From an uncultured bacterium (GTDB lineage: Bacteria > Chloroflexota > UBA5177 > JANWHV01), in the NCBI GenBank assembly GCA_963827235.1, contig CAWHAE010000014.1, positions 64,001 through 128,000 on the forward strand: a stretch of 64,000 bases of DNA. The letters are read 5' to 3'. The notes under the pieces are model-generated. The model saw only the letters and a program-made list of their open reading frames with translations. It was not told where the DNA came from and did no database searches. Below, piece after piece: positions 50,227 through 61,019 of this stretch. Made by a program: the position numbers and the translations under genes. Position 1 is the stretch's first letter. Every line of letters begins with the position of its first letter.

Positions 50227-51882
50227 ATGACGCCGCTCGCCGACCGCGAGAGTGAACGGCAGACATCGGCCGAACCCGCGCAGCCGAGTGCGGCAGGCGT
50301 TGCACGAGTTTCTCCGGTGCTTCCCGCGGGCCTGGCCTGCGTGTTCTGCTTGCTGGTGCTGTTACCCTTCGTGCTCGGGCCCGAATGCGCGCCGCCGGGC
50401 AGTGTGTTCGGCGGCACCCTCAAGGCGCTGGGCGACGAAGGCGTCTACATGTCCGCAGTCCGGCAGGGCGCGGACGGACTCTGGCTTTGGCGAGATCAAT
50501 TCATGGTGAGGACGCCTGCCGGCGTGTTCTCCTATCTCACCTACATGTTCTTCGGTCACCTTGGCGCCCTGCTCGATCTGTCTGTGCCGGCAAGCTACGC
50601 ACTCATGCACGGAGCGGCCGCACTGCTGCTCTTCGTCACCCTGTGGCTCATGGGATCGTTCTATCTCCAACCGCGAGAGCGCGCCTGGTTCGTCGCCCTT
50701 GCACTCGGCACCAGCGGCCTCTATTGGCTTGATGCGATGTCCAGCCTGACGGGCCACGAGCTAGCATCTCTGCCCTGGATGGCCATGCCGCCGCTCGGCG
50801 GCCTGACCTCGGCCCTGATGGGCCCGCACGAGACCATCGGCACGGCGGGTCAGGTCATGGTCCTCACCGGCTTGCTCGCGGTGACGGATCGCCGAAATGG
50901 CAGGGTATGGGCAGCTACCGCCTACGGTGCTTGCGGCATGGTGCTGGTCAGTCTGACCCTGCCCATGCTACTCCCTGAGTCGATGTTGGTAGTTGCAGTT
51001 CTTGCGCTGTTGTCGGTACGCGCAGTCGCGGAGGGCCCGCGTCGTCGCTTGGCGGCCTGCCGCGAGCTCGTGTGTTGCTGCGTGATCGGGCTTCCGGCCG
51101 TGCCCGCCGCGACATACTATTTCTGGGAAGTGAAATTCGGTGCCTGGTCGACGGGCGACCTGAGCAGCGTGCAGGGCAGACCATTTGTGGAAGCGGTGTT
51201 GCAGTGGGGAGTGGTGTTGCTGGTCGGGGCTTGGGCTTGGCTGCAAACGCCGCCGGCCACGCGGCCGCTCGCCAACGCGCTGGCACTCTGGTGCTGCGCG
51301 GCCCTTGCCTGCATGGCCCTTCCGCTCTGGCAGTCCTTTCGATTCAGTACCGGCATGACCACGATGGCCGGTGGGTTGCTGGGCCTGGCCGTTGTTCGCC
51401 GTGTGAGAATGCCCCGCGTGCGTGCCCGCCTCCTTCTCCTGGCCGGACTGGGGGCTGCCATTCAGTACGTGTTTATGGTCACGCTGCTCCTTGCTGGCCG
51501 GGACACTGTGCTGTACATGCCGCGGGATCGGCAGGCCGCTATGAATTGGATCGGCGCGCATTGCAGCGAGCGCGACGTGGTGCTGGCACCTCTTGGCTTC
51601 AGTAATCGCCTGCCTTCGGTCGCTCGGAGCAGGCTGGTGGCTGGATACGGCCTGCTCACGTTCGACATGACTCTGCGGGATGAACAGCTACATGCCTTCT
51701 ACGACCCTTCCACTTCGCCTCAGCAGCGCGTGGTCGTGTTGCGTGCCACATCGGCCGATCTCGTAGTGTACGATCCGACCGACAGCGAAGACGGCACGTT
51801 CGACCCGCGAGGCATGCCTGGACTCGAACAGGTGTTCGCCTCGGGAGACGTAGCAGTGCTCAGGGTCTCCACCGCGGTCTAG
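50227..51882 (+). CDS. Polytopic membrane protein, GT-C-fold-like glycan-modifying protein
   Basis: Many TM segments, D...Y...RQG motif in the first loop, soluble C-terminal domain; lies inside the glycan locus. Confidence 0.65.
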   Translation: MTPLADRESERQTSAEPAQPSAAGVARVSPVLPAGLACVFCLLVLLPFVLGPECAPPGSVFGGTLKALGDEGVYMSAVRQGADGLWLWRDQFMVRTPAGVFSYLTYMFFGHLGALLDLSVPASYALMHGAAALLLFVTLWLMGSFYLQPRERAWFVALALGTSGLYWLDAMSSLTGHELASLPWMAMPPLGGLTSALMGPHETIGTAGQVMVLTGLLAVTDRRNGRVWAATAYGACGMVLVSLTLPMLLPESMLVVAVLALLSVRAVAEGPRRRLAACRELVCCCVIGLPAVPAATYYFWEVKFGAWSTGDLSSVQGRPFVEAVLQWGVVLLVGAWAWLQTPPATRPLANALALWCCAALACMALPLWQSFRFSTGMTTMAGGLLGLAVVRRVRMPRVRARLLLLAGLGAAIQYVFMVTLLLAGRDTVLYMPRDRQAAMNWIGAHCSERDVVLAPLGFSNRLPSVARSRLVAGYGLLTFDMTLRDEQLHAFYDPSTSPQQRVVVLRATSADLVVYDPTDSEDGTFDPRGMPGLEQVFASGDVAVLRVSTAV

Positions 51883-51961
51883 TCCGCCTGCTTCGCGCCG
51901 GCGGCCTTGCTTCGGCCCAAGGCAGATCGTGCCGGGATCGCGCGAAGCCGGGGCAACGCGG

Positions 51962-54237
51962 TCAGGATTCGCCGACCAGAACGATGCGGTTCAGCTCCTT
52001 TGGATCCAGGACGCCGAAGCTCACCAGCTTCGCCACCGGCATATCCAGGAAGAAGTCCGGGATACCTCCTGCCGGATCGATCTCGTCCAGCCGCGCCCGG
52101 TAGCTGTCCATGTGTGGCTCGAGCAGCTTCCGCCCGAGCGGATGGGCCAACCAGGTTCGGATGGATGTAAGCCGCGTCAGCCGCAGATTGACCTGATCGG
52201 TAGACTTGAGCTGCACCGTCGTGGTGAGTCGAATATCGCGCGACGATGCGCCAACCAGCAGCTCGAACGGTCCACTGCTTGTCACCCACTTGCCCTCGAG
52301 GGGATCGTAAAAGGCGAAGGCGCTTCTATCGAGGCTGAATCGCACCTGTTTCCCTTCGCCCGGCTGCAGGCTTACCTTTGCGAACGCCTTCAGCTCTTTG
52401 TGCGGCCTGGGCAGCCGCGGTTGCTGCTCCCGTACGTAGAGCTGCACCGCCTCCTTGCCTGCACGATCGCCGTCATTTCGGACCTGTAGCGAGACGTGGA
52501 GCAGTTCGGTGTCCTCGATCACCTGCTTGTCGAGCACAAGGTCCGCATAGCTGAACGTCGTGTAGGACAGACCGTGCCCGAAGGCGAAGAGCGGATCGAT
52601 GGCGCGAGCGTCGTACCACCGGTAGCCAATGAACAGGCCTTCGCTGAACTGCACGGAGCCCTGCCTGTCCCCAGGGAAGGACAGGAAAGCCGGTGTGTCC
52701 TCCAGCCGCTCCGGGAAGGTCTCCGCGAGCTTTCCCGACGGGTTGACGCGACCGGTCAGCACGTCCGCTATCGCTCCGCCGCCTGCCTGGCCACCCAGCC
52801 ATGCCTCGAGGATGGCCGGCGCGCTGCTCACCCATGGCAGGGTGACGGCGCTGCCGTTGACCAGAACGACCGCGCTCCTGGGCTGCGCGGCCAGCACGGC
52901 TTCTACCAGCACGTTATGGCTGGGTGGAAGGTCCATATGGCGCCTGTCGACACCTTCCTCCTCATACGAGCCCGGCAACCCCACGACTATCACCGCTGCG
53001 TCTGCCGCTTGCGCGGCCGCGCAGGCTTCCGCTATGAGCCCCGTGTCCGGCTGCTCCTCAGCGCTGTAGCCTGCCGCGAACGTGATCCTGCACGAAGGCC
53101 CGGCGATGCGAGCGAGCTCCTGGTAAACGGTGTCCAATCGTGTGGGCACGACCTGCGAGCTTCCTGAACCCTGGAAGCGCGGCGCCGAGGCGAAGGCGCC
53201 GACAACCGCTACATTCGAGAGCCTGGTCACGTCGAGCGGGAGCGTACCGCGCTCGTTCTTGAGCAGCACGATCGCCTCGGCGCCAGCAAGTCTCGCCAGG
53301 TTATGGTGCGTCTCGAGATCCGCCGCCGTGCCGGGTCGCCGTCCGGCGTCGCACCTCAGCACGAAGCGCAGGACGGCGCGCACGACGGTATCAAGGCGAC
53401 CCTCAGGCAGAGTCCCGTCCCGCACGGCCGCGACGATGCTCGGCGCCGACGGCGCTCCCGGCATCTGCAGGTGCATACCGGCCTGGACGCCCGCCGCCCG
53501 GTCGTTCACGGCGCCCCAGTCCGACACCACGATGCCGTCGTACTGCCATTCCTCTTGCAGGATTCTCTGCAGAATGAAGGCGTTCTCGGCGCAGTAGGTT
53601 CCGTTCAGCCGGTTGTAGGCTGCCATGATGGTCCACGGATTCGCCTTGCGCACGGCGATCTCGAACGGTCGCAGGTAGAGCTCGCGCAGCACCCGATCGT
53701 CCACCACGCAATCGACGACTGGCGCTCGGTCTCTTGCTCGTTGGCCACGAAGTGCTTCAGCGACGTGCCGACTCCCTGCTCCTGCACGCCCTGAATGAAT
53801 GCAGTGGCCATCTCTCCGCTGAGCACGGGATCTTCGGAGAAATACTCGAAATTCCTGCCACACAGCGGCGACCGCTTGAGGTTGACTCCTGGACCAAGAA
53901 GCACCTGCACTCCTTCGGACTGGCATTCAGCGCCCATTGCGCGACCGACCTCGCGCACCAGATCGAGGTCCCAGGTCGCGGCAAGTGCGGACTCCGTCGG
54001 GAAGCACGTGGCAGGAATGCTCGAGCCAACTCCCACTTCGGTCGCGCTGCGCGCCTTTCTCACTCCCGTGGGTCCATCCGAGAGCCATATCGGGGGTACG
54101 CCCAGGCGCCCGATGGGCTCGGTCGTCCACATATCATGACCCACGCAGAGAGCGGCCTTCTCCTCGAGCGTCATTTGCGATAACAGCACCTCTACTGGAT
54201 CCAACGTGCCGGACTTCGAGCCCTCTTCAGCGGCCAT
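51962..54237 (-). CDS. GH3 beta-glucosidase with Fn3-like domain (frameshift near 53715)
   Basis: [21 protein letters not shown], then [29 protein letters not shown] in a second frame. Confidence 0.9.
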
Positions 54238-54469
54238 GGTGCATCAACCTTCTCTTCTTCGTATCGCGACGCCTGCCGGCGGCCGGTGCGATCCGTCCCG
54301 GTGTTGGGCCGTGACGGGCTCTCACACCGCCGGCCCGCACGGTTCACAGTCTACATCGCCCTGCCGGGAACACGGTATCATGGCTCGCGGGACACTCCCG
54401 GATCCGGCAGTGTACCTTGAGCGAGTGGAGCGCCGCGACCGGTACCGGTCGCGCACTGGAGCATGAGCA

Positions 54470-56929
54470 TTGTCAGATCCGTTGGTTCAGTTCGAATGGG
54501 CGCTGCCGTGGTTTGCAGGCGATGACAATGCCTACTATGAACGCCATCTCGTGCTCGATCAGGTTGTCGAGCCCGGATCGGCGAGCGCACGCCAGCGATT
54601 CGAGGCACTGGCACGCGCCCTGCGGGACCTTCTTGCGCAGCGCTGGCTGTGGACAGAGCAGCACTACGAGCGCGTCAACCCCAAGCGAGTCTACTACCTC
54701 TCGATGGAGTTCCTGATCGGGCGCTCGCTGACAAACAATATCGTCAATCTGCTGGTGGAGCCGGCCGTGCAGTCGGCCATGGAGCAGGCCGGGGTCGACT
54801 GGCGGCAGTTGGCCGAGCTCGAGCCGGACGCGGGCTTGGGCAACGGCGGCTTGGGTCGCCTGGCCGCCTGCTATCTCGATTCCATGGCCACGCTCAAGTA
54901 TCCTGCCATGGGATACGGGCTGCGCTACGACTACGGGATCTTTCGCCAAAGCGTCCGGAACGGATATCAGGTGGAGGCTCCGGACAATTGGCTGCGGCAT
55001 CCGGACCCCTGGGAAGTGGCCAAGCTGGAGGAGGCAGTTTCCGTGACTCTGCAGTCCTCGCTGCGGCTGCGTGAGGGCGGCCAGGGGAGGATTCCGAGCC
55101 AGCAGATGACCCTGGTCGGCACACCGTACGACCGGCCGGTGGTCGGATATGGAGGCGCGACAATCAACACGCTGCGCCTCTGGAGCGCCGATTCGCCGGA
55201 TTACTTCGACCTCGGCGAATTCGATACCGGCGACTTCGTGGGTGCGCTGCTGCACCGCGTGGTCGCGAACACGGTGACGCGCGTGCTCTACCCGGACGAC
55301 GCGACGCGCGAGGGCCAGCAGCTCCGTTTCGTTCAGGAGTACTTTCTGGTCGCCTGTTCGCTTGCCGACATCATCCTTCGTTTCCGCCGGCTCAACACGG
55401 ACTGGTATATGCTTCCCGAAAAGGTGGCAATTCAGCTCAACGAGACCCACCCGTCCCTGGCGGTGGCCGAGCTGATGCGCATCCTGCTCGATCAGGCCAG
55501 GTTGGGCTGGGACGATGCCTGGGTGCTCACGTGCAACACACTGGCTTACACCAACCACACGCTGCTTCCCGAGGCGCTTGAGCGCTGGCCGGTAGCACTA
55601 TTCGAGGAGCTGCTGCCTCGGCATCTTGAGATCATCTACGAAATCAACCGCCGATTCCTCGACGATGTCCGCAAGCGATATCCCGACGACCCGGGCCGCC
55701 TCCTGCGCACGAGCTTGATCGAGGAGGGACCGGTCAAGCAGGTGCGCATGGCGCACCTGGCTATTGTCGGCACACACAAGACGAACGGAGTGGCCAGCAT
55801 CCATTCACGGTTGCTTCAGAGCAGGGTCGTGCCCGACCTGGCGGAGCTTTATCCGGACCGGTTCACCAACGTGACGAATGGAGTCACGCCAAGGCGTTGG
55901 CTCCTGATTGCCAATCCCGGTCTGGCAGATCTGATCACGGAGGCCGTTGGTGAGGACTGGATCACCTACCTCACCAAGGCGCGGTCGATACTCCCGCTGG
56001 CGACCGACTCCTGGTTTCAGGCCGGCTTCCGTTCCGCCAAGCGCGATGCCAAAGCGAAGTTCAGCGACTGGCTTCGCGCCGAGACCGGCCAGATCGTGGA
56101 TCCCGATACCATGTTCGATTGCCAGATCAAGCGAATCCATGAGTACAAGCGCCAGCTCCTCAATGTGCTCAGAATTATCGTCATGTACAACCGGCTGCGC
56201 AACAATCCATCGCTGGCCATCCCTCCCCGCACCGTATTCTTCGCGGGAAAGGCGGCTCCGGCCTATCACCTTGCCAAGCTGATCATCAAGCTGATCAACA
56301 ACGTAGCCGAGGTTATCAACACGGACGAGACAATCAGCAGCCGCTTGCGAGTGCTCTTCTTGCCCGACTACAACGTCACCCTAGCGGAGAAGCTGATCCC
56401 GGCCACCGACCTGTCGGAACAGATCTCCACGGCCGGCTACGAGGCCAGCGGTACCAGTAACATGAAGTTCATGCTGAACGGAGCGCTTACCATCGGCACG
56501 CGGGACGGAGCCACCATAGAAATGGCCGAGGAGGCCGGTGAGGATAACTTCTTCCTCTTCGGCTTGACCGCAGAGCAGGTGCAGGCCAGCCGCGACTGGT
56601 ACGACCCCCACTGGCACTACGAGCACGATTCGGAGACCAGGCGTGCGCTGGACATGATTGCCTCTAGCTACTTCAGCCGCGAAGAGCCCGGCGTGTTCGG
56701 ACCCATCGTCGACGCGCTGCTCAACCACGGCGACTTTTACATGCACCTGGCCGACCTGGTGGCCTATCTGCACACGCAGGACGGCGTGGGCGCGCTGTAT
56801 GCCGACCAGCAGGAGTGGACTCGAAAGGCAATCATCAACGTCGGCTGTTCCGGCACGTTTTCGAGTGATCGCGCTATAGCGCGGTACGCCTCGGAGATAT
56901 GGGACGCGAAGCCCTGCCCGGTGGCGTGA
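54470..56929 (+). CDS. glgP: Glycogen/starch phosphorylase
   Basis: LGNGGLGRLAAC, YTNHT, KRIHEYKRQ, PLP lysine motif EASGTSNMKF. Confidence 0.96.
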   Translation: MSDPLVQFEWALPWFAGDDNAYYERHLVLDQVVEPGSASARQRFEALARALRDLLAQRWLWTEQHYERVNPKRVYYLSMEFLIGRSLTNNIVNLLVEPAVQSAMEQAGVDWRQLAELEPDAGLGNGGLGRLAACYLDSMATLKYPAMGYGLRYDYGIFRQSVRNGYQVEAPDNWLRHPDPWEVAKLEEAVSVTLQSSLRLREGGQGRIPSQQMTLVGTPYDRPVVGYGGATINTLRLWSADSPDYFDLGEFDTGDFVGALLHRVVANTVTRVLYPDDATREGQQLRFVQEYFLVACSLADIILRFRRLNTDWYMLPEKVAIQLNETHPSLAVAELMRILLDQARLGWDDAWVLTCNTLAYTNHTLLPEALERWPVALFEELLPRHLEIIYEINRRFLDDVRKRYPDDPGRLLRTSLIEEGPVKQVRMAHLAIVGTHKTNGVASIHSRLLQSRVVPDLAELYPDRFTNVTNGVTPRRWLLIANPGLADLITEAVGEDWITYLTKARSILPLATDSWFQAGFRSAKRDAKAKFSDWLRAETGQIVDPDTMFDCQIKRIHEYKRQLLNVLRIIVMYNRLRNNPSLAIPPRTVFFAGKAAPAYHLAKLIIKLINNVAEVINTDETISSRLRVLFLPDYNVTLAEKLIPATDLSEQISTAGYEASGTSNMKFMLNGALTIGTRDGATIEMAEEAGEDNFFLFGLTAEQVQASRDWYDPHWHYEHDSETRRALDMIASSYFSREEPGVFGPIVDALLNHGDFYMHLADLVAYLHTQDGVGALYADQQEWTRKAIINVGCSGTFSSDRAIARYASEIWDAKPCPVA

Positions 56930-58494
56930 ACAGTCCGGCCGGCGGCGACAAGCAACCGGCTCTGGACGCAAGCGGCGCTGGTAAGCCGGACGGCGTCCGC
57001 ACGGATCGCGCTCGCCCTGTGCTGTTCTGGCTGTTCATTGCCAGCCTGACGATCTACGCGTTCACCGCGGGCAGCAACTTCACCAGCGGGGATTCATTCG
57101 CCGAGCTGCACGTGACAAGCAGCGTGCTTGGACACGGCTGGTTCGACGTACCGGTGCAGAAGGCCGGCGTGGCCTGCGCGGGCTGGGGTTGCCGCGGCGC
57201 TGACGGCCGGTACTACGCCTCTCACGCCGCCGGCTACTCCATTTTCCTGATCCCATTCTACGGCGTGGCTGAGGCAGGCAGGGAGCTGGCACAGGCGCCG
57301 AACTGCGGCGATCCGTTCTGGACTCGTTGTATACCCATCCACCTGATCAGCTGGAATACGACCTTGGTGTCCGCGGCGACAGTAGCCCTGCTGGCGCTCT
57401 TCGGCCTAGAGCTCGGCTACGACCTCAATTCAGCAGTGACAGTCGCTCTGCTCTACGGATTCGCAGGCATGGCCTGGCCGTACTCGCGCTACGGCTTCGA
57501 CGTGACGCTTACTGGGATCCTGGTGCTCGCGTCGCTTCGAGAGGTGGCACTAGCTCTTGCCCACCCGCCGGCCGGCGCCCGCTGGCTTCGAGCCGGAACC
57601 TGGTCTGCTCTGGCCGTGCTCGTGCGGCTGCCGACCGCGATAGTGGTCGTGCCCCTGGCCGTGGCATGTCTTCTGGCGTACCCGAGAGACACGGGAAGCC
57701 GGTGCAGACGGCTGGCAGCGCTGGCGGCGCCGCTGGTCGCCGCCGCCGGCATCACGGCCTGGTACAACCTCGTGCGATTCGGCACTATGTTCGACGATGG
57801 CCACTCCGCCAATGCGGCGGATCGGCTTTCGACTGCGCCCTGGGCCGGCCTCTATGGCATTGCCCTGAGCCCGGGGAAGGGACTGATCTGGTATTGCCCG
57901 ATCGTCGTGCTCGCCGTGCTCGCGGCTCCCGCCTTCTACAGGGCGCGGCGCGCCACCTGCCTGTTGGCACTCAGCGTGGGCGCGATCTCCCTGCTGCCGT
58001 ACGTGCTCGTGAACGACTGGTATGGAGGAGACGCATGGGGCCCTCGCTTCGTCATGCCGGTGCTTCCACTTCTGCTGCTCCCGCTTCTGGAGCTTCGTTC
58101 GCTGATCTCCACCTCTGTCCTGAACAAGGCCGGCGCGATCGCGCTGACCGCGGTCAGCGTTTGCGTGCAGCTTGCCGGGCTGTTGGTGAGCTACAACGAG
58201 CGGTTGACTCTTGCCGCGCGGAAAGGCTTTGGCACCAGCATCTTCTGGAATCCTATGCACTCACCGCTGCTCGACCAGGTGGGCACGCTGATCACCTATC
58301 TTGCCACCCCGGCTGCCGCTTCGCACCCTGTGCCGGAGACCCAATCGTTCGATGTGTGGTGGCTCGACCTCTGGCGCATCGACGGTGTGTCACCCACCGC
58401 GAGCATGTGCGCCGGAGCAATTGCCGGCCTGCTTGCGGTGGCAGCCGTTTGCCGGCTGGTTGCACTCACCGCACAGGCCCGCGGGCACGTCTAG
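56926..58494 (+). CDS. Polytopic membrane protein, GT-C (ArnT/PMT-like) family
   Basis: SGD motif in the first loop, SPGKGL..Y.P, WYGGDAWGPRF; GTGA overlap with glgP. Confidence 0.7.
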   Translation: MNSPAGGDKQPALDASGAGKPDGVRTDRARPVLFWLFIASLTIYAFTAGSNFTSGDSFAELHVTSSVLGHGWFDVPVQKAGVACAGWGCRGADGRYYASHAAGYSIFLIPFYGVAEAGRELAQAPNCGDPFWTRCIPIHLISWNTTLVSAATVALLALFGLELGYDLNSAVTVALLYGFAGMAWPYSRYGFDVTLTGILVLASLREVALALAHPPAGARWLRAGTWSALAVLVRLPTAIVVVPLAVACLLAYPRDTGSRCRRLAALAAPLVAAAGITAWYNLVRFGTMFDDGHSANAADRLSTAPWAGLYGIALSPGKGLIWYCPIVVLAVLAAPAFYRARRATCLLALSVGAISLLPYVLVNDWYGGDAWGPRFVMPVLPLLLLPLLELRSLISTSVLNKAGAIALTAVSVCVQLAGLLVSYNERLTLAARKGFGTSIFWNPMHSPLLDQVGTLITYLATPAAASHPVPETQSFDVWWLDLWRIDGVSPTASMCAGAIAGLLAVAAVCRLVALTAQARGHV

Positions 58495-58715
58495 GGGCAC
58501 ATCCGGCGAGCACCGCTGGGCAGGGCAGGACGCGCCCAATCCCAGGAATGTATGCGCCCCTGCCGTTTCTATGACTGGCCGGCCGTGTCATGGTTTCGGA
58601 TACCGGCGCACTGGTACGGTGGCCGCCTCGCTCTCCTTGGAAGGGCCGCCGGAGCGGGCACGATGCCGGCGTCCCGGGTCAAGCCTTTCGTTCCTCCCAC
58701 GGCGACTCGCCAGCC

Positions 58716-59672
58716 CTATCGGACTGCCTGGACGCCACCTCGGCGCATGGCGGCAACGCCGATGGCAGCGTAGCCGCACAGAACCCAGGCCAACAGTACC
58801 ACCACGTGGCCACTGCCGCCGTTGCCGTCGAAGAATGCCGTGCAGCGAAGCAGACTGCCGCCGGCTCCCGGCGGCAACAGCTGGCCCACGAGCCCGGCGG
58901 CTTTGGGGAGCAGCTCCGGTGCGGACGTTATTCCGGATAGCGGGTTGCCGACGAAGATCATCAGGAGCATGCCGGCCGCCATGCCTGCAGGACCAATGAG
59001 GTCCTTCAGACCGACCACCGTGGCGGCTATCGCCAGCAGCATGAGAGTCAGGGCACCGGCGTTTGCCTCCCAGCTTCCCTGCAACACGCCGAGCCAGCCC
59101 TGAGCGCCCCCCGTAGCGACAAGACCGCTCAGCACACAGACCACGACCAGCATGGCGGCCTGCCAGATACCCGCGAAGCTGAGCAACGCGACGAGCGCTC
59201 CCGTGATCGCGCCGGTGATCACGAGCGGCAGAATCGAGGAACCCAGAGCAGCACCGCGAGGATCGTTTGCCGGTGCAGGAACGACGTCTACCACGGTCGG
59301 GGGCCGCTGGCTGCCATGTCCGCTCATGGCCGCCGTCAAGAGCTGGGCGACCACTGGCCCGGCAGCGGTGGCGACGAGTAAGGTTACGCCTGATCGGCCA
59401 ACCACGATGGCAGCGTACACATCTCGATGCCGGATGGCTTGCGTGGCGGCGGCCTCGTCGCCAAACTGACGCAAGTCGAAGCCGGAGCTGGTGGCTGCCT
59501 GTAGCCGGGCACCGATCTGGGCCGTCGCCTGAGCCGGCCCCACCAGGCCGACCGGCAAGTCGCGAGGTGCGAGGTTTGCATTCGGCCAGGCAAACATGGC
59601 GAGCGCGAAGGCGACGAAGATCGGGATGGCCACGGCGAGGCCGACCAGGCGACGGGATGGCGCGATGAACAT
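58716..59672 (-). CDS. ABC-2-type permease-like membrane protein (DUF3533/YhgE-like)
   Basis: PRDLPVGLVGP, AIRHRDVYAA, DPRG, several C-terminal TM helices; GGAGG RBS; divergent from the TetR gene. Confidence 0.75.
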   Translation of the reverse strand: MFIAPSRRLVGLAVAIPIFVAFALAMFAWPNANLAPRDLPVGLVGPAQATAQIGARLQAATSSGFDLRQFGDEAAATQAIRHRDVYAAIVVGRSGVTLLVATAAGPVVAQLLTAAMSGHGSQRPPTVVDVVPAPANDPRGAALGSSILPLVITGAITGALVALLSFAGIWQAAMLVVVCVLSGLVATGGAQGWLGVLQGSWEANAGALTLMLLAIAATVVGLKDLIGPAGMAAGMLLMIFVGNPLSGITSAPELLPKAAGLVGQLLPPGAGGSLLRCTAFFDGNGGSGHVVVLLAWVLCGYAAIGVAAMRRGGVQAVR

Positions 59673-59689
59673 ACAAGCCTCCAAAAAAC

Positions 59690-59764
59690 GAACGACCGTT
59701 CTCTCTTAGCTACAGCCTAGTAATGACGACTGACCTTGTCAAGAGCGAATGTTCGTTCTATGAT
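59690..59764. promoter_or_regulatory. Two TetR-type operators and the tetR promoter
   Basis: GAACG-AC-CGTTC (59690-59701) and GAATG-TT-CGTTC (59747-59758); TTGTCA-17 nt-TATGAT (59736-59764). Confidence 0.7.
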
Positions 59765-59770
59765 ACGATA

Positions 59771-60358
59771 ATGGCTCGTGTGAGTGCCGTGCATCTCCAG
59801 GCACGGCGACAGCAGATTCTGGATGCAGCCCGGCGGTGTTTCCTGCGCGACGGCTTTCACGCCACGTCCGTGCAGGACATCCTGCACGAAGCCGGTATGT
59901 CCGCCGGGGGCGTGTACCGCTACTTCAAGAGCAAGGAAGATATCATAGAGGCGGTCGGTGCCGAGAACGTCGCCCTGGTGACGTCCGCGTTCGAGAGCGC
60001 GCTCTCCAAGTCCGACCCTCTGCCGTTTCGCGATCTCTTGCCACACCTGCTCACCCTGCTGCAGGAAGCCGACAGGAACCATGGGGCCTTGTCGATCGCC
60101 GTGCAGATCTGGTCCGAATCTATGCGCAACGCGGCGCTTGCGGGCAGGGTAGCAGAGCTCTACGCGTCGCTTCGCGACACGTTGAAGGACCTGGTCACCT
60201 ACTATCAGTCTCGGGGAGAGATATCGCCCGAGGTTGCGCCGGATGACGTCTCGTCCACACTGCTGGCCCTCATCGTAGGCTGTATGCTCGAGCACGGTGT
60301 GTTTGGTGGACTCAACACCACCTCCGTCGGATCCGGGCTTTGGGCGTTAGTGCGGTGA
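59771..60358 (+). CDS. TetR/AcrR family transcriptional regulator
   Basis: ILDAARRCF..GFHATSVQDI...AGMSAGGVYRYFKSKEDI. Confidence 0.93.
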   Translation: MARVSAVHLQARRQQILDAARRCFLRDGFHATSVQDILHEAGMSAGGVYRYFKSKEDIIEAVGAENVALVTSAFESALSKSDPLPFRDLLPHLLTLLQEADRNHGALSIAVQIWSESMRNAALAGRVAELYASLRDTLKDLVTYYQSRGEISPEVAPDDVSSTLLALIVGCMLEHGVFGGLNTTSVGSGLWALVR

Positions 60359-61019
60359 AGCGCGCAGGTATTCGCCGGCTGCAATCAGACGCTTTTGTGT
60401 GGCCCTTGCAGTGGCGGGCACGCGCCATACCATAATGTTCTGGTGCTTGACGGGTAATGCGCCACGCCTGCGACGCTGGCTGCCAGCCTCCCTCTGCCTG
60501 AGATGCTCAGATTCCTGCGGCAAGTTTGGCGGCGTCGCGTTGACGGCATGCTTTACGGCCCAAGGCGTCGTTGGTCCAAGTCCGTTCCGTATCGGACACG
60601 GGCCTGGGGAGGCCCGAGTCGCTTCGCGCGCGTCGGCCAGATGAATCTGGGACTCCCCGTGCGCCGCGAGCTCCGGCACCGGGCTCGAAACGAGGTCAGC
60701 AGCGCCAATTGCCGGACGGCCCCCTCTGCCGGTGACGGATGGTTCTTGTCAACTCTGCCCAGAACACTGTAATCTTCGCATCGGTGCGGCCAGGCTACCC
60801 GGCGGCACTGCACGCGCTGATCCGGAGTACAGGTGTGCTGCGCGCGACTTCCACGAACCGTACACGCGCCAGGCACCGGAGCGACGAGCTGAGAGGTTCT
60901 GTCCACGTTCCCAGCTGCACGGAGTTGGCCGTCGACGAGATGACGATGCTGTCCGCCTGTGCGCTCGGGGCCGGAAGCGCCGTCGAGTTGGTGAGGGTTC
61001 GGAGGAGGCAAGTAGGTAC

